NCBI GenBank assembly: GCA_048884965.1
Contig: JBHLQH010000014.1
Span: forward strand, 27,375-91,374
From: Candidatus Thorarchaeota archaeon
Lineage (GTDB): Archaea; Asgardarchaeota; Thorarchaeia; Thorarchaeales; Thorarchaeaceae
Reading direction: 5' to 3'
Length of the DNA stretch: 64,000 bases
Shown here: piece after piece, positions 37,136-47,049 of the stretch
Numbering within the stretch: the stretch's first letter is position 1
How the letters are laid out: every line of letters starts with the position of its first letter
The notes under the pieces: generated by a model
What the model was told of the DNA's origin: nothing
Database searches by the model: none
What the model saw: only the letters and a program-made list of their open reading frames with translations
Made by a program: the position numbers and the translations under genes

Positions 37136-38614
37136 TTATTGCAGGATTTGTGCGATTGATTCTGAAACTCTCTTTACGAACTCTTCCAAGAATTCCTGAT
37201 CAACAAAAGCTCCCGCGGCCATAGGATGCCCGCCAGCTTCGACTGCAAGTCGTCCATGCTTCTCATTCATAGACTCAGCAATGGTGGTGAATACATCCTT
37301 GAGATTAACGCCTCGCTTTACTATCTGATTCCTTGCTCTACCAGAGATCTTCACTAGGGGGCTATCATCAGTGGTATTAGTGCTAATTCCTAGCACTGGT
37401 TTATCCCCTGGGATGATTGTTGAACCTTGTGCCATCCCAATAACAATCCCAATGATTGTGTCTTTCGTCAGAGGGTCGTTCACGACATAGATACCATCCA
37501 TCTCTTGAAATCCCCCTTCTTCTATCCGACGAATAGCCATAGCTAGATTGGCTCGGTGTTGTTGCAGGAGAGCTATTCCATCTTGAAATGATTCTTCATC
37601 TCCAAGACATATCTTCACTCCTACATCAGACCTTCTATTCCTTCCACACGCATTCAGAAGAGTTGAGAATTCCTTTGCAGTGCTCACTTCACTTCTAGGA
37701 GGTCTTAGCAATAGCGTGATAACATCACCGATAATACCTGTAGCAACTCGTGGATCATCGTAGAACTGTAAGAGCTCGCCAATTAGCTGCTGCACGACCT
37801 TTTGCTTCTCATCTTGATTAAGATCCACCCATCTCCTCCATTCGTCAGTCCGATCCTTCAGCTCGATCCCTAGTTCATTGAAGAAACGGTAGCAAGCATC
37901 CTGATCACCTGTCAACCCGGGTAGGTAGGGATCTGTAGCGTACTGAAGGAGCTGCGGCAAAGGACGAGTGTTGATGCCAAAGAGTGTTAGGTCTTTATCG
38001 ACACTGATGAAATTTTCTTGGATTCCAATTTCAAGTATGGTTGAATTTAGACCTGAGAATCCCTTTCCATAGTAATCTTGTAAGTCGCCTGTTGCACCAA
38101 CGATTGCCAGCTCACTCAAGTCCGCGTTCTCTGGTGAGACCATAAGCGCAAAAAGGAATGATACACCTGCTCCTGATAGTTCCCGACTTCCACTGATTCT
38201 ATGTTGACAGGGATTTATCTCAATTATCTTATCAGTTTCAGTGTCATTGATAGTTGCCCGTTCATTAGGCGGAATATGATGATCGAGGATGATAATTCTC
38301 TTCACATACTCAAGATTCATCAAGTATTCTTCGATAAGACTTATTTGTCCAGAGCCAAAGTCACTGAAGATGACCAGGTCCGGCATAACCTCTTCAACAA
38401 GATCTTTAACTTCAAGAATTGACTCAGAGTTGATCTGATGTACATTTCGCCATCGATGTTCTTTTCCTAGCCTCTCAAGCATCCGAATTACAATTGCCAT
38501 TGAAGTGATCCCATCAGCATCGATATGGGACAAGGCTAGAACTTTCTTTGACTGTCGTACAATCTTTGCGCCTCTTTCAAGTAAGCGTTGCATGTCATTT
38601 GGCAGATCTATCAT
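37136..38614 (-). CDS. RecJ/Cdc45-like DHH-DHHA1 phosphoesterase
   Basis: HIDADG, SDFGSG, LDHH, SGAG, GDLQ, GGHPMAAG. Confidence 0.9.
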   Translation of the reverse strand: MIDLPNDMQRLLERGAKIVRQSKKVLALSHIDADGITSMAIVIRMLERLGKEHRWRNVHQINSESILEVKDLVEEVMPDLVIFSDFGSGQISLIEEYLMNLEYVKRIIILDHHIPPNERATINDTETDKIIEINPCQHRISGSRELSGAGVSFLFALMVSPENADLSELAIVGATGDLQDYYGKGFSGLNSTILEIGIQENFISVDKDLTLFGINTRPLPQLLQYATDPYLPGLTGDQDACYRFFNELGIELKDRTDEWRRWVDLNQDEKQKVVQQLIGELLQFYDDPRVATGIIGDVITLLLRPPRSEVSTAKEFSTLLNACGRNRRSDVGVKICLGDEESFQDGIALLQQHRANLAMAIRRIEEGGFQEMDGIYVVNDPLTKDTIIGIVIGMAQGSTIIPGDKPVLGISTNTTDDSPLVKISGRARNQIVKRGVNLKDVFTTIAESMNEKHGRLAVEAGGHPMAAGAFVDQEFLEEFVKRVSESIAQILQ

Positions 38615-38693
38615 GAAATCTTCTCAACCCTAGTTTCACTTGGTTGCAATGCGAATATAAGTTGACAGCTCTGCTATATTGAGCAGACTGACT

Positions 38694-39032
38694 CTAATCA
38701 CTTGCTCTCGCTACTCTTGAAATAGCTAGGAATATGACTAAGAAGACACTCGCAACCGCGGCAAATGCCTTTGCGACTTTCTGCCAATTTGTCAAAGGTA
38801 CTTCGAATTCTCGAAGCTCATTTGTGACTTTCTTCATGTAGACTCTTGTTTCAGTGTAGAGTGATTCCTGATCATCTTTTGTTGAAGAAAAATCGCTCCA
38901 ACTGGCGTGATAGGGTTCTTCTGGGGATGTTGATAACCACTCATCCCATACTTGTCTAATGGATGTGCTGTGAGGTGGCGGAAAGCTAGTAATCACTTTC
39001 TCTATCTTTTCTTCCCATTCTGTTGGTATCAT
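38694..39032 (-). CDS. Hypothetical protein with C-terminal TM anchor
   Basis: 112-aa ORF ending in a hydrophobic helix. Confidence 0.65.
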   Translation of the reverse strand: MIPTEWEEKIEKVITSFPPPHSTSIRQVWDEWLSTSPEEPYHASWSDFSSTKDDQESLYTETRVYMKKVTNELREFEVPLTNWQKVAKAFAAVASVFLVIFLAISRVARASD

Positions 39033-39218
39033 AGTATTGCACCCCGTTACTTCCCGGCGTAACCAAAGAATAGCTGGAGGTTTTCCTTATTAACTCTTCA
39101 CTATACTCAATTATCCTATTAATTAATATGAAATATTCGACAAATCACGAATTATCCATCTTATCACTTAACTATCATGAAAACAGAATATTGGAGGTTC
39201 ACATGTAAAAACAATCGG

Positions 39219-39244
39219 GACGATGAGCTTTCCGTCTCATCGTC
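39219..39244 (-). terminator. Hairpin terminator after the 39255 gene
   Basis: GACGATGAG...CTCATCGTC perfect 9-bp stem; T-rich run follows on the minus strand. Confidence 0.55.
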
Positions 39245-39254
39245 AATTAGAACA

Positions 39255-39767
39255 TTATCTTCTTGCGGTAAGTTCACGTTGCCATTCTTTCAGATCCGTC
39301 CGTAGCTTTCCAAGGTCTGTCGGGCTTACTGAGTCTATTCTTCCATAGGTCTTTAGAATCCTTACCCACCGACCCATTTTGACAATGACTGCACCGGCAG
39401 CACCTTTCTCCTCAAGTGCCTCAGCCGCCTCGGATATCTTCGTTGAGAGGTCGCTGGCAATTGCACCTTCCCGCAGTTGAGTATCAAGAGTGTCTAGAAT
39501 GGCTGTGTACTGAGAGATTACTCCTTTTTCTTCCAGACTTGCTCCACTTCCTGCAGAAGCCATTGGGACGCTTGCTAGTTTTCTTATGATCTCATCAATC
39601 TTTTCACCGTTTGAAACTACCCTGAGGGTTAGATCATCTGTAGCATCCTGTACTTCTCCAATCTTAGAGATAACATCTATCATTCTATTGAGCATGTCAG
39701 TCAATCTTTCGATTGCTCCATTAATCTCAGTCAGTTTTGCACGAATGTATGTATCTTCTTCGCTCAA
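39255..39767 (-). CDS. Hypothetical coiled-coil/helical protein
   Basis: Heptad-like N-terminal half; probable TTG start at 39767. Confidence 0.7.
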   Translation of the reverse strand: MSEEDTYIRAKLTEINGAIERLTDMLNRMIDVISKIGEVQDATDDLTLRVVSNGEKIDEIIRKLASVPMASAGSGASLEEKGVISQYTAILDTLDTQLREGAIASDLSTKISEAAEALEEKGAAGAVIVKMGRWVRILKTYGRIDSVSPTDLGKLRTDLKEWQRELTARR

Positions 39768-39941
39768 ACAGATTCCCGTCCTTATCTTTGTAGAAAGTGC
39801 ATTACTAGGGCACAAGCTCTTTGTTGTTACATTAAGCTTTCTGTGGCGTTTATTCTTCAGTCCCAGCGTCCATATCCTAAAGCTATTATATAGCCCTCAA
39901 ACAACACCGATTATATGAAAATTAGCTTCTGAGGTAAAGCA

Positions 39942-40289
39942 ATGTATACGGTTAACTACAAAGAACGACCTGAAGAGGAAGTGAATCTCGCTGGTGCTAC
40001 CAAGACGACCGTTCGTTGGCTCATAGGAAAGCGGACTGGCGCACGTACCTATGCTATGCGAATGTTCACTATTAGACCAGGCGGGAAGATACCGTTACAT
40101 TCTCATGAGGAAGAACATGAGATCTTTGTTATTCAGGGTCGTGCTAAAGTCCTTGGAGCTCCAGAAGAAACCTATGCTACGAAGGATGATGTGACATTCA
40201 TTCCCTCTAATATTGAGCATGGATATGACAATACCGAGGGAAAAGAGAATTTCCGTTTCATATGTGTCATTCCACTACTTGATAAGTAG
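39942..40289 (+). CDS. Cupin domain protein
   Basis: PGGKIPLHSHEEEHE...IPSNIEHGY. Confidence 0.9.
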   Translation: MYTVNYKERPEEEVNLAGATKTTVRWLIGKRTGARTYAMRMFTIRPGGKIPLHSHEEEHEIFVIQGRAKVLGAPEETYATKDDVTFIPSNIEHGYDNTEGKENFRFICVIPLLDK

Positions 40290-40351
40290 TAATTCTTCGG
40301 GGACCATGAGATTAGGCACATTTTTGAGAGAATTCAATCCTCCATTTCAAT

Positions 40352-41164
40352 GTGGTACCTATGACACTGGCTGCGAAGAAACTTTGGGTCTTTGATGTCG
40401 ATAACACATTGATTCGTGATGTTGAACATCCCACTCCGTTCGAGGATGCACTTGCTCTATGGAATCACCTCATTGAAACAGGTCGAGCCGTAGCGGTATT
40501 AACAAATGTTGGCAGACTTTCAGCAAATACTATTCACCGTGTAGTATCGAACGCAGGATTCTCACTCGAATTGAAGAATACCTTCAGTGCTGGCGCTGCA
40601 GCAGCAGCCTATGTATACAATAGAAATCCGGACGCACGATGCTTTGTTATCAGTGAAGGCGGTGCTACAGAAGACTTCATTGCGCAGGGGCTCACAGTTG
40701 TAAATAATCCACCAGTAGACTATGTAGCTATTGGTGCTGATCGGGGACTTACCTATCAACGATTGAATTTCGCTACAAAGATGGTCCGTGATGGAGCCAA
40801 GCTAATTTGCATCAGTGGCAGTCGAGATTATCCTGGAATCTATCTGGGAGTCGAAGATGTTTACATCGGTGAGAGGTCTATAGTAGCAGCTATCGAAGAT
40901 GCAACCGGCGAACAGTGTGTTGTTGTTGGGAAACCCCTTCCGGAAATTCTAGTTGAAACTGTGAGAATCTTGGGATTCTCTGTTGAGGACTCTGTCATGG
41001 TGGGTGACAATCCTGCATCAGATATCGCTGGGGGAAAAGCTGCAGGAATGAGTACTGTTTTGATTCAAAGATCAGATAACATCGTACCGTTCGATGCTGG
41101 AGATTTGGACAAGACTCCCGACTACACGGTCGCGTCATTGGAAGAAATAATCTCAGAACTCTAG
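40352..41164 (+). CDS. HAD-IIA (NagD-like) hydrolase
   Basis: FDVDNTL, LTN, GKP, MVGDNPASDIAGG. Confidence 0.9.
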   Translation: MVPMTLAAKKLWVFDVDNTLIRDVEHPTPFEDALALWNHLIETGRAVAVLTNVGRLSANTIHRVVSNAGFSLELKNTFSAGAAAAAYVYNRNPDARCFVISEGGATEDFIAQGLTVVNNPPVDYVAIGADRGLTYQRLNFATKMVRDGAKLICISGSRDYPGIYLGVEDVYIGERSIVAAIEDATGEQCVVVGKPLPEILVETVRILGFSVEDSVMVGDNPASDIAGGKAAGMSTVLIQRSDNIVPFDAGDLDKTPDYTVASLEEIISEL

Positions 41165-41165
41165 A

Positions 41166-41723
41166 TTACCCTATCCATGTCTTATCCTTTCTCACTTCTT
41201 CCATGGAGGCATTGTGGACGATGTTACCTATACTCATAAAGAGGTCTTCAATATTTGAGCCAGTTTTGGCACTTGTTTTGATGAAGGGTATATTCAAGGT
41301 CTGAGCATATTCTGCGGCTCCAAAGAACTGCGTTTCACCTGGCACTAAGTCTGTCTTGTTTCCAGCGAGGATGTATGGCACATTCTCTCCAATGAATCCA
41401 ACTGCTTCTTTGATCCACTTTGGAACAGTGCCAAATGTTTCTTGGCGGGTGACATCAAACATTATCACTAGTCCTTTTGCTCCTTGATAGAAAGTGGAGC
41501 GCAGATGTTTGAATATGTCCTGACCTGCAAGATCCCATATCATCATCTTGACACAGGTGGGTTCATCCCCAACATCAACAATCCTGGAATAATGTTGAAC
41601 TCCCATTGTGCTTTGGTATTCTTTTCGAAAGAATCCTTCAGACCAGCGCAGGATAGTACTAGTCTTGCCTACAGCCGCATCTCCAACTATGCATATCTTG
41701 TAGACATACTCAGGCTTACTCAT
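41166..41723 (-). CDS. Rab-like small GTPase
   Basis: G1 GDAAVGKTS, G2 T, G3 WDLAGQ, G4 NKTD, G5 SAK. Confidence 0.92.
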   Translation of the reverse strand: MSKPEYVYKICIVGDAAVGKTSTILRWSEGFFRKEYQSTMGVQHYSRIVDVGDEPTCVKMMIWDLAGQDIFKHLRSTFYQGAKGLVIMFDVTRQETFGTVPKWIKEAVGFIGENVPYILAGNKTDLVPGETQFFGAAEYAQTLNIPFIKTSAKTGSNIEDLFMSIGNIVHNASMEEVRKDKTWIG

Positions 41724-41823
41724 CCCAACCGACCTCCAGATATTGAATCTGAGATATCAAGCATAATCCCCCTTATTCATCTTTCTAGAAATACTCAAAA
41801 TGATTCGTTGCATGTACGCAATC

Positions 41824-42501
41824 ATGGAGCTGCCAGAGATTCTGTTCAATGTTGGGCGAAATGATCTGAAACTTGCAGTCATTGGATTGGATAAAGTCAC
41901 GATTGAACCCTCTCTTGAAGATTGGGATGTCTATGAAGGACGCATTTTTGAGGAGATTCGCAACTCAACATCCTTAGAAGATGTGAAGGATGATATCATC
42001 TTCCGTTCTTACAGGGATTTGTACTGGTCTTTTGGAATGGACCCTACAAAGCTGAGAGTGTCAAGTGAAGCATTATTGAGAAGAATCGTAAATGGTCTTA
42101 ACTTATGGCGAGTTTCGAATATTGTTGACATCGTGAACCTCGCTTCTGCTCATCATAAAATACCAATTGGCCTTATCGATATTTCAAAGATTCAAGGCTC
42201 ACTTCAGGTTCGTCAGGCAAAGCCAGATGAAGTGTTCACACGAATCGGTGGGGAAACCAAGGTATGTCGGGGGAGAGAAATCGTGCTTGCTGATGAAGAG
42301 AAGATCGTATGTTTTGGTTATGCTACTCACGATTCGGATCATACAAAAGTAACGAGCAAATCTAAGTCAATCTATGTAGTTATGTATGGGTCTCCTGAAG
42401 TATCAATGGACTATCTTGAAACCTCGACCTATGATACACTTCTTTTGATGAAGAAATGGATTCGGTGTAAACCCATTGGTATTAGATACATTCAATGCTA
42501 G
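41824..42501 (+). CDS. B3/B4 (PheRS beta editing-like) domain protein
   Basis: YRDLYWSFGMDPTKLRVSSEALLRR...NIVDIVNLAS...PIGLID. Confidence 0.88.
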   Translation: MELPEILFNVGRNDLKLAVIGLDKVTIEPSLEDWDVYEGRIFEEIRNSTSLEDVKDDIIFRSYRDLYWSFGMDPTKLRVSSEALLRRIVNGLNLWRVSNIVDIVNLASAHHKIPIGLIDISKIQGSLQVRQAKPDEVFTRIGGETKVCRGREIVLADEEKIVCFGYATHDSDHTKVTSKSKSIYVVMYGSPEVSMDYLETSTYDTLLLMKKWIRCKPIGIRYIQC

Positions 42502-42503
42502 TG

Positions 42504-44480
42504 TTAATTCACTTTGAACTCTAAGAAAGGCTCACCAAGTGCGATTCTATCGATAAGTGAATTCCTCTTAGCTGTGTTTACTATCTTCTCAAAGTATTTC
42601 TTCAATCTCTGTTCATCAACGTATTCTGGCTGTTTGATTCCCATACTTGAGATTACTTTGTTCAATACTAGCTCGAAATCAAACACTAGATGCTCAACCT
42701 CTACGGTCTTCCCTTTCTTCTTTATTGGAAGTTTTTCCTTCCTAGCAAGACCTTGATTGAGGGCCTCGCGGGTTTCCTTGAGATACATGCCCCTTGCTCT
42801 CTCATATTCAAGATCTCCTCTCTTTACGAGTTCTTTGAGAAGCTGTAAACCAAAAGTTGTCCTAGCAATCTTCTCTATACGTGCAACAAATCCATTGATG
42901 ATGTCCTCATACGAAACCATCTCTGCTTGACCTTTCGTCGAGAATACCTTCTCATCGTCTTTGGCTTTAGCGAATTTGGCTTTCTTCTCAGCCATTTCCT
43001 TTTCTTGCTGTCTTCGAAGTTCTTCTTGCTGCTTTCTTTGCTCCTCTTCAGCTTTGCGTCTTTCTTCTTCAGCTTTCTTGTCCAATTGAGCTTTCTTTCT
43101 TTCCTCTTCAGCTTTCTTTCTCTCTAGTTCTCTCTCTTTCTCTGAAGCCAATCTCTCTTGTTCAAGTCTTTTCAGTATTTTTTGCTGTTCATTGACTAGC
43201 TTTGACATATGTTCTTTGATATCCTTCTCAGTCAGTGTAACATGTTTGGTGAGAAGCCATCTTACTGCAATATTGTTGACCTTTGGTTTTAGATCTGCAG
43301 ACGAAAAAACGAATGAAGCAGTCTGTTGTCCTGGTAGTTTTGTTATAATTGCTTCAGATTCCTTCTCTCCTGCAATTGGTTCCAATATTCGTTCAAGAAC
43401 CTTCAATGATTGCTCACTGCTGATTCGGCCTGCAGAGATTGTATTGAATTGCTCAAAGGCCTTGTAGTCAATATCCTTTGGACTCTGAGTTGCGATAAGA
43501 CATTCAATTCCATACTTCCTAGCTTGCCTAAAGAGAAGGAGGAATGTTTCCTTTGGACCTGGTGAGCGCATTCCTGCTGGTATGAATGGAGCCGCCTCAT
43601 CTTGGAAAAGCATCATTCTAGGTTTCTCAGTGAAGCCTTGACGAAGCATCCATGAATATAGTTGATTCAACACAATTGCAATGAAGAAATGCTTCTCCTC
43701 CTCGCTTCTTAGTGTCTTTAGGAAAATGACATTGATTGGGGTTCTTCCGTCAATAGGTTTCACCATCTCATCGAAGTCAATCTGTCCTTCTTCCTTGAAA
43801 AGCAACTGGGCTGATCCTACTGTAAGAGTACGAATACGAGTTGCAAGAGTTTGTCGTTCTGACAGCTTCATGTAAGGCTCAAGGTCCACTCCAATCTCTT
43901 CTTGAGGAGAAGTCAACATGTTCGCAAGATCCTTGAGATCATTTACATCCTGCTTCTTTTCCCAGATTGATCTCATTAGTTCATAAATTACTGCGAACGA
44001 TTTGCTCTCCCAAGAGCTCGAGAGACCTCCCACCTTGGTAAGGACCTTTGTCAAGGTTCTGGCTGAGTTATCCAATAATCTAATGACATCATCTGGGTCA
44101 GCGGATGAATCAGGTAGCTTGAGCGGATTGATTGAGATTGATAGCCCCTTGCTGCTTGCAGGCGTGTAGACTTTCACAATGACTTTGTCCATATATTCTT
44201 TCAAGAGCTCTGGAGGAACTCCCTTCTCCTTGAGCTCCTTTGGATCTCCAGGTAACATAAGTGATGCAATGTCCCCTTGAGGGTCTAATGCCAGTATGGG
44301 GATTCCCTCCAATGCCGCTTCTTCAAGGATGACTTTGCTTAGCACCGTCTTACCTGATCCTGTTGAACCGAAGATACCTCCGTGTCTCCTAAGGAGGTCT
44401 ATACTAATCTCAAATTTCTGATCGGTCCTTTTTCCTTGGTCATCTAGGTAATGCCCAAGCCATAGTTTTTGATCCGCCAT
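42504..44480 (-). CDS. HerA/FtsK-superfamily ATPase (DUF87/DUF853-like) with charged helical C-terminal region
   Basis: RHGGIFGSTGSGKT, LDPQGD, QDEA, RQARKYG, ATQSP. Confidence 0.85.
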   Translation of the reverse strand: MADQKLWLGHYLDDQGKRTDQKFEISIDLLRRHGGIFGSTGSGKTVLSKVILEEAALEGIPILALDPQGDIASLMLPGDPKELKEKGVPPELLKEYMDKVIVKVYTPASSKGLSISINPLKLPDSSADPDDVIRLLDNSARTLTKVLTKVGGLSSSWESKSFAVIYELMRSIWEKKQDVNDLKDLANMLTSPQEEIGVDLEPYMKLSERQTLATRIRTLTVGSAQLLFKEEGQIDFDEMVKPIDGRTPINVIFLKTLRSEEEKHFFIAIVLNQLYSWMLRQGFTEKPRMMLFQDEAAPFIPAGMRSPGPKETFLLLFRQARKYGIECLIATQSPKDIDYKAFEQFNTISAGRISSEQSLKVLERILEPIAGEKESEAIITKLPGQQTASFVFSSADLKPKVNNIAVRWLLTKHVTLTEKDIKEHMSKLVNEQQKILKRLEQERLASEKERELERKKAEEERKKAQLDKKAEEERRKAEEEQRKQQEELRRQQEKEMAEKKAKFAKAKDDEKVFSTKGQAEMVSYEDIINGFVARIEKIARTTFGLQLLKELVKRGDLEYERARGMYLKETREALNQGLARKEKLPIKKKGKTVEVEHLVFDFELVLNKVISSMGIKQPEYVDEQRLKKYFEKIVNTAKRNSLIDRIALGEPFLEFKVN

Positions 44481-44624
44481 AATTAATCAACCACTTGAAT
44501 GTATAGTCTGACTTGTCTATCACTTTGCAAGCAATTCTCACTATACTTGCTTCTTTATTACATTTACTTGCAGTAATCTGAAAAAGAGAATAAGAGGTGG
44601 AGTATGTACTCCACCTATCGAGAA

Positions 44625-45257
44625 TTACTGTCCAACTGGCTCGTAACGCCTTCCCAAATATGCTACAATACCAAATACTAGAATGACAGCGAAGATGCCT
44701 AAGACGATTGAGGCAAGTCCGTAGGAGGCTGTGACATCCCATACCCAGTCAAGGAAGACCTTGATACCTGCCATGATGGCACCTAGCAATAGTGATACCA
44801 GCATGAATCGTGATGTCATTTCCTTCACCTGTCCCTGCTCACTTCCTTCAGTTATCTCGGCACTGAAGAAGATGAAGACGAACAGGAATACATAGGCAAT
44901 AACTATCATCGCGGCAACATTGAAGAGACGTTCTTGAAGTATGGTGTCGCTCGGATACAAGACACCAAGGACAAGAATCGTTACAAGAGCCTGTATATAC
45001 ACGAACATGTTACTAACGAGCTTATCCTCAGGATGGACGAATCCTGTGAGCTCGGTGAACGTTGTTATTGATGACATTATCACCACAATTGCTAGGATTG
45101 CAGCTCCTGCAACCCAGAGATAGAAGGGATAATTCCACGCGTTTTCTCCGGCACCTAGATTCAGCGAGTCTAAGAGGGCCCAGAGCCCGCCAGCTCCAGC
45201 TATGACTGCTATTCCAATTCCAGCGAGAACATTACTAACTGTTGTCAATCTTACCAT
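44625..45257 (-). CDS. 6-TM membrane protein of unknown function
   Basis: Hydrophobic helices throughout. Confidence 0.75.
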   Translation of the reverse strand: MVRLTTVSNVLAGIGIAVIAGAGGLWALLDSLNLGAGENAWNYPFYLWVAGAAILAIVVIMSSITTFTELTGFVHPEDKLVSNMFVYIQALVTILVLGVLYPSDTILQERLFNVAAMIVIAYVFLFVFIFFSAEITEGSEQGQVKEMTSRFMLVSLLLGAIMAGIKVFLDWVWDVTASYGLASIVLGIFAVILVFGIVAYLGRRYEPVGQ

Positions 45258-45317
45258 TATGGGTCTCCCCGATTGATTCTAGTCCAACCAATTGTGCTAG
45301 CTTCTATTAACTCTTGC

Positions 45318-46550
45318 TTAAGGCTCGTCATTGGTCATCCGGATTATACCTGATTCGTGCGAAGCAGCTTCTGGTATCAGATATGTCCCTATACAGGCTA
45401 TTGTAATCAGAATAGCTACCAGTACTGATAATCCTAGAATTCCGAATCCCTCATACATGAAGTATCCGACTGCTGGACCTATCACCATACCTGATCCGAA
45501 GAATATGCTGTAAACACCCATCGTACTTCCTCGAGCCTCTTTGTCTGAGATGTCTGTGATGTAGGCCAATGCTGCTGGGGGGAAAGCCCCTGCTGTAAAT
45601 CCTAGGATTGGTAGAACTGGCCATATGGCCCAAAGGTCTGTGAAGTTATCTGCAAATGCGAAGAGGAGATATGCAAGGAAGCCAAATGCGATAAGACCAG
45701 TGATTATGAATGGTCGTCGTTTCATATAATGGTCAGATAGATGACCCATAGTGATTATGCCGATGATCAGCGCTCCACCAAGCATTCCAAAGAGAAGTAG
45801 TAGCTCGATGTTGTTTAGTGAGAAATGTGTTTCCAGAAGATGCTCCGCATTCGCAATCACAAGTCCATACAACGCGATTATTGGGACGTAGACTGGCAAT
45901 AGCTTTTGGATTCTTCTGTCCCGCGCAACCTTGCTAAGCAGTGCCATGATACTGACTTCTTCATTAGATGTGATTTGGCGGGTTTCCTTGATACCAAAGA
46001 TTGCTAGGAATCCACTTATGAAACAGGCAAGAGATGCAGCTAGGAGTATTAAGAATGCCTCGAAACCAAATTGAATGAGGAGAATACCCAAACCATAGCC
46101 TCCAGCGAGGCCCATCAATGTCGATAGGTCATAGTATCCCATGAGCCTGGCTCGATTGTCTCCAGTTGAACAATCTGCAATAATTGACAAAGTCGTTGTC
46201 ACTTTTGCTGCAATCGCGATGCCAAAGATAACACCAAAGAAGACAACCAAAATAGCTATCGTGTTCAATGCGAACATAAGCGCAGTTATAGCAGTCACAA
46301 ACAAGCTCGCTACTTGTATTGGTTTTCTACCCACTTTATCACTCCATGAACCGAATACAGAAACCGCTGATAATTCAGCAATCGGATATACAATCAATAC
46401 TGCAGCTGCTTCCCATCCTTCAACAGCACCTCCCATATACGAGGAGCTCTGGATCACAGCAATCGTGATGTAGAAGGATGCTCTCATCACTAATGTGACA
46501 AAGTATAGTATCAGTAAAGTACCTTTATGTTCAGAAGCGCGAAGTCCCAT
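45318..46550 (-). CDS. MFS transporter
   Basis: GSWSDKVGRK and GHLSDHYMKRR motif A copies; about 12 TM. Confidence 0.9.
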   Translation of the reverse strand: MGLRASEHKGTLLILYFVTLVMRASFYITIAVIQSSSYMGGAVEGWEAAAVLIVYPIAELSAVSVFGSWSDKVGRKPIQVASLFVTAITALMFALNTIAILVVFFGVIFGIAIAAKVTTTLSIIADCSTGDNRARLMGYYDLSTLMGLAGGYGLGILLIQFGFEAFLILLAASLACFISGFLAIFGIKETRQITSNEEVSIMALLSKVARDRRIQKLLPVYVPIIALYGLVIANAEHLLETHFSLNNIELLLLFGMLGGALIIGIITMGHLSDHYMKRRPFIITGLIAFGFLAYLLFAFADNFTDLWAIWPVLPILGFTAGAFPPAALAYITDISDKEARGSTMGVYSIFFGSGMVIGPAVGYFMYEGFGILGLSVLVAILITIACIGTYLIPEAASHESGIIRMTNDEP

Positions 46551-46639
46551 TGTTTTCTTCTCCGTGTTTTACTGGATGCCAGACATCACCGTTTATAAAC
46601 TGCCCTGTGCATGACTTTATCATGGCTGCTAATCCGGCG

Positions 46640-46984
46640 ATGGGGAACTATCTTGGTCTAGAATTTGTCTATGTAGTAATGTATAGACTCCGCTCGATGA
46701 CTGATGAGGACAAGAAGGACTGGATCAAGAAATGGGCTGTAGCTCGCACCAAACTGCCAAAGGGGATAAAGATAATCACTGAAGCAGGGAGTGCATTTGG
46801 TACTGATTACACGGGTTTCACAGTATTCGAAGGTCCATTCGACAAGTTCGAGGAACTCGTGGATATGTTGGAATTACAGTCAGAAGGGTATATCGATAAG
46901 ACAAAGACCATTATCGGAACGAAAGGACTCTTCGACCAATCCTCTGATGCTTTGAAGATTCTTTCTAAGAGACCTATTGACTAG
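46640..46984 (+). CDS. Hypothetical small alpha/beta protein
   Basis: Protein-like ORF; start codon uncertain. Confidence 0.6.
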   Translation: MGNYLGLEFVYVVMYRLRSMTDEDKKDWIKKWAVARTKLPKGIKIITEAGSAFGTDYTGFTVFEGPFDKFEELVDMLELQSEGYIDKTKTIIGTKGLFDQSSDALKILSKRPID

Positions 46985-47049
46985 AATCTTCGTTGCCGCA
47001 GTAACCCCCTTTTTTAACTGAATCTGTTCGGACTGAAGCCATTCGACGG

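Noticed and set aside
39033-39254. AT-rich intergenic gap as a replication origin or ncRNA
   Set aside because: No ORB-like repeats or adjacent cdc6; only a terminator-like hairpin
42960-43190. CTT/TCT-rich low-complexity DNA as a tandem repeat element
   Set aside because: It encodes the E/K/R helix of the ATPase on the minus strand
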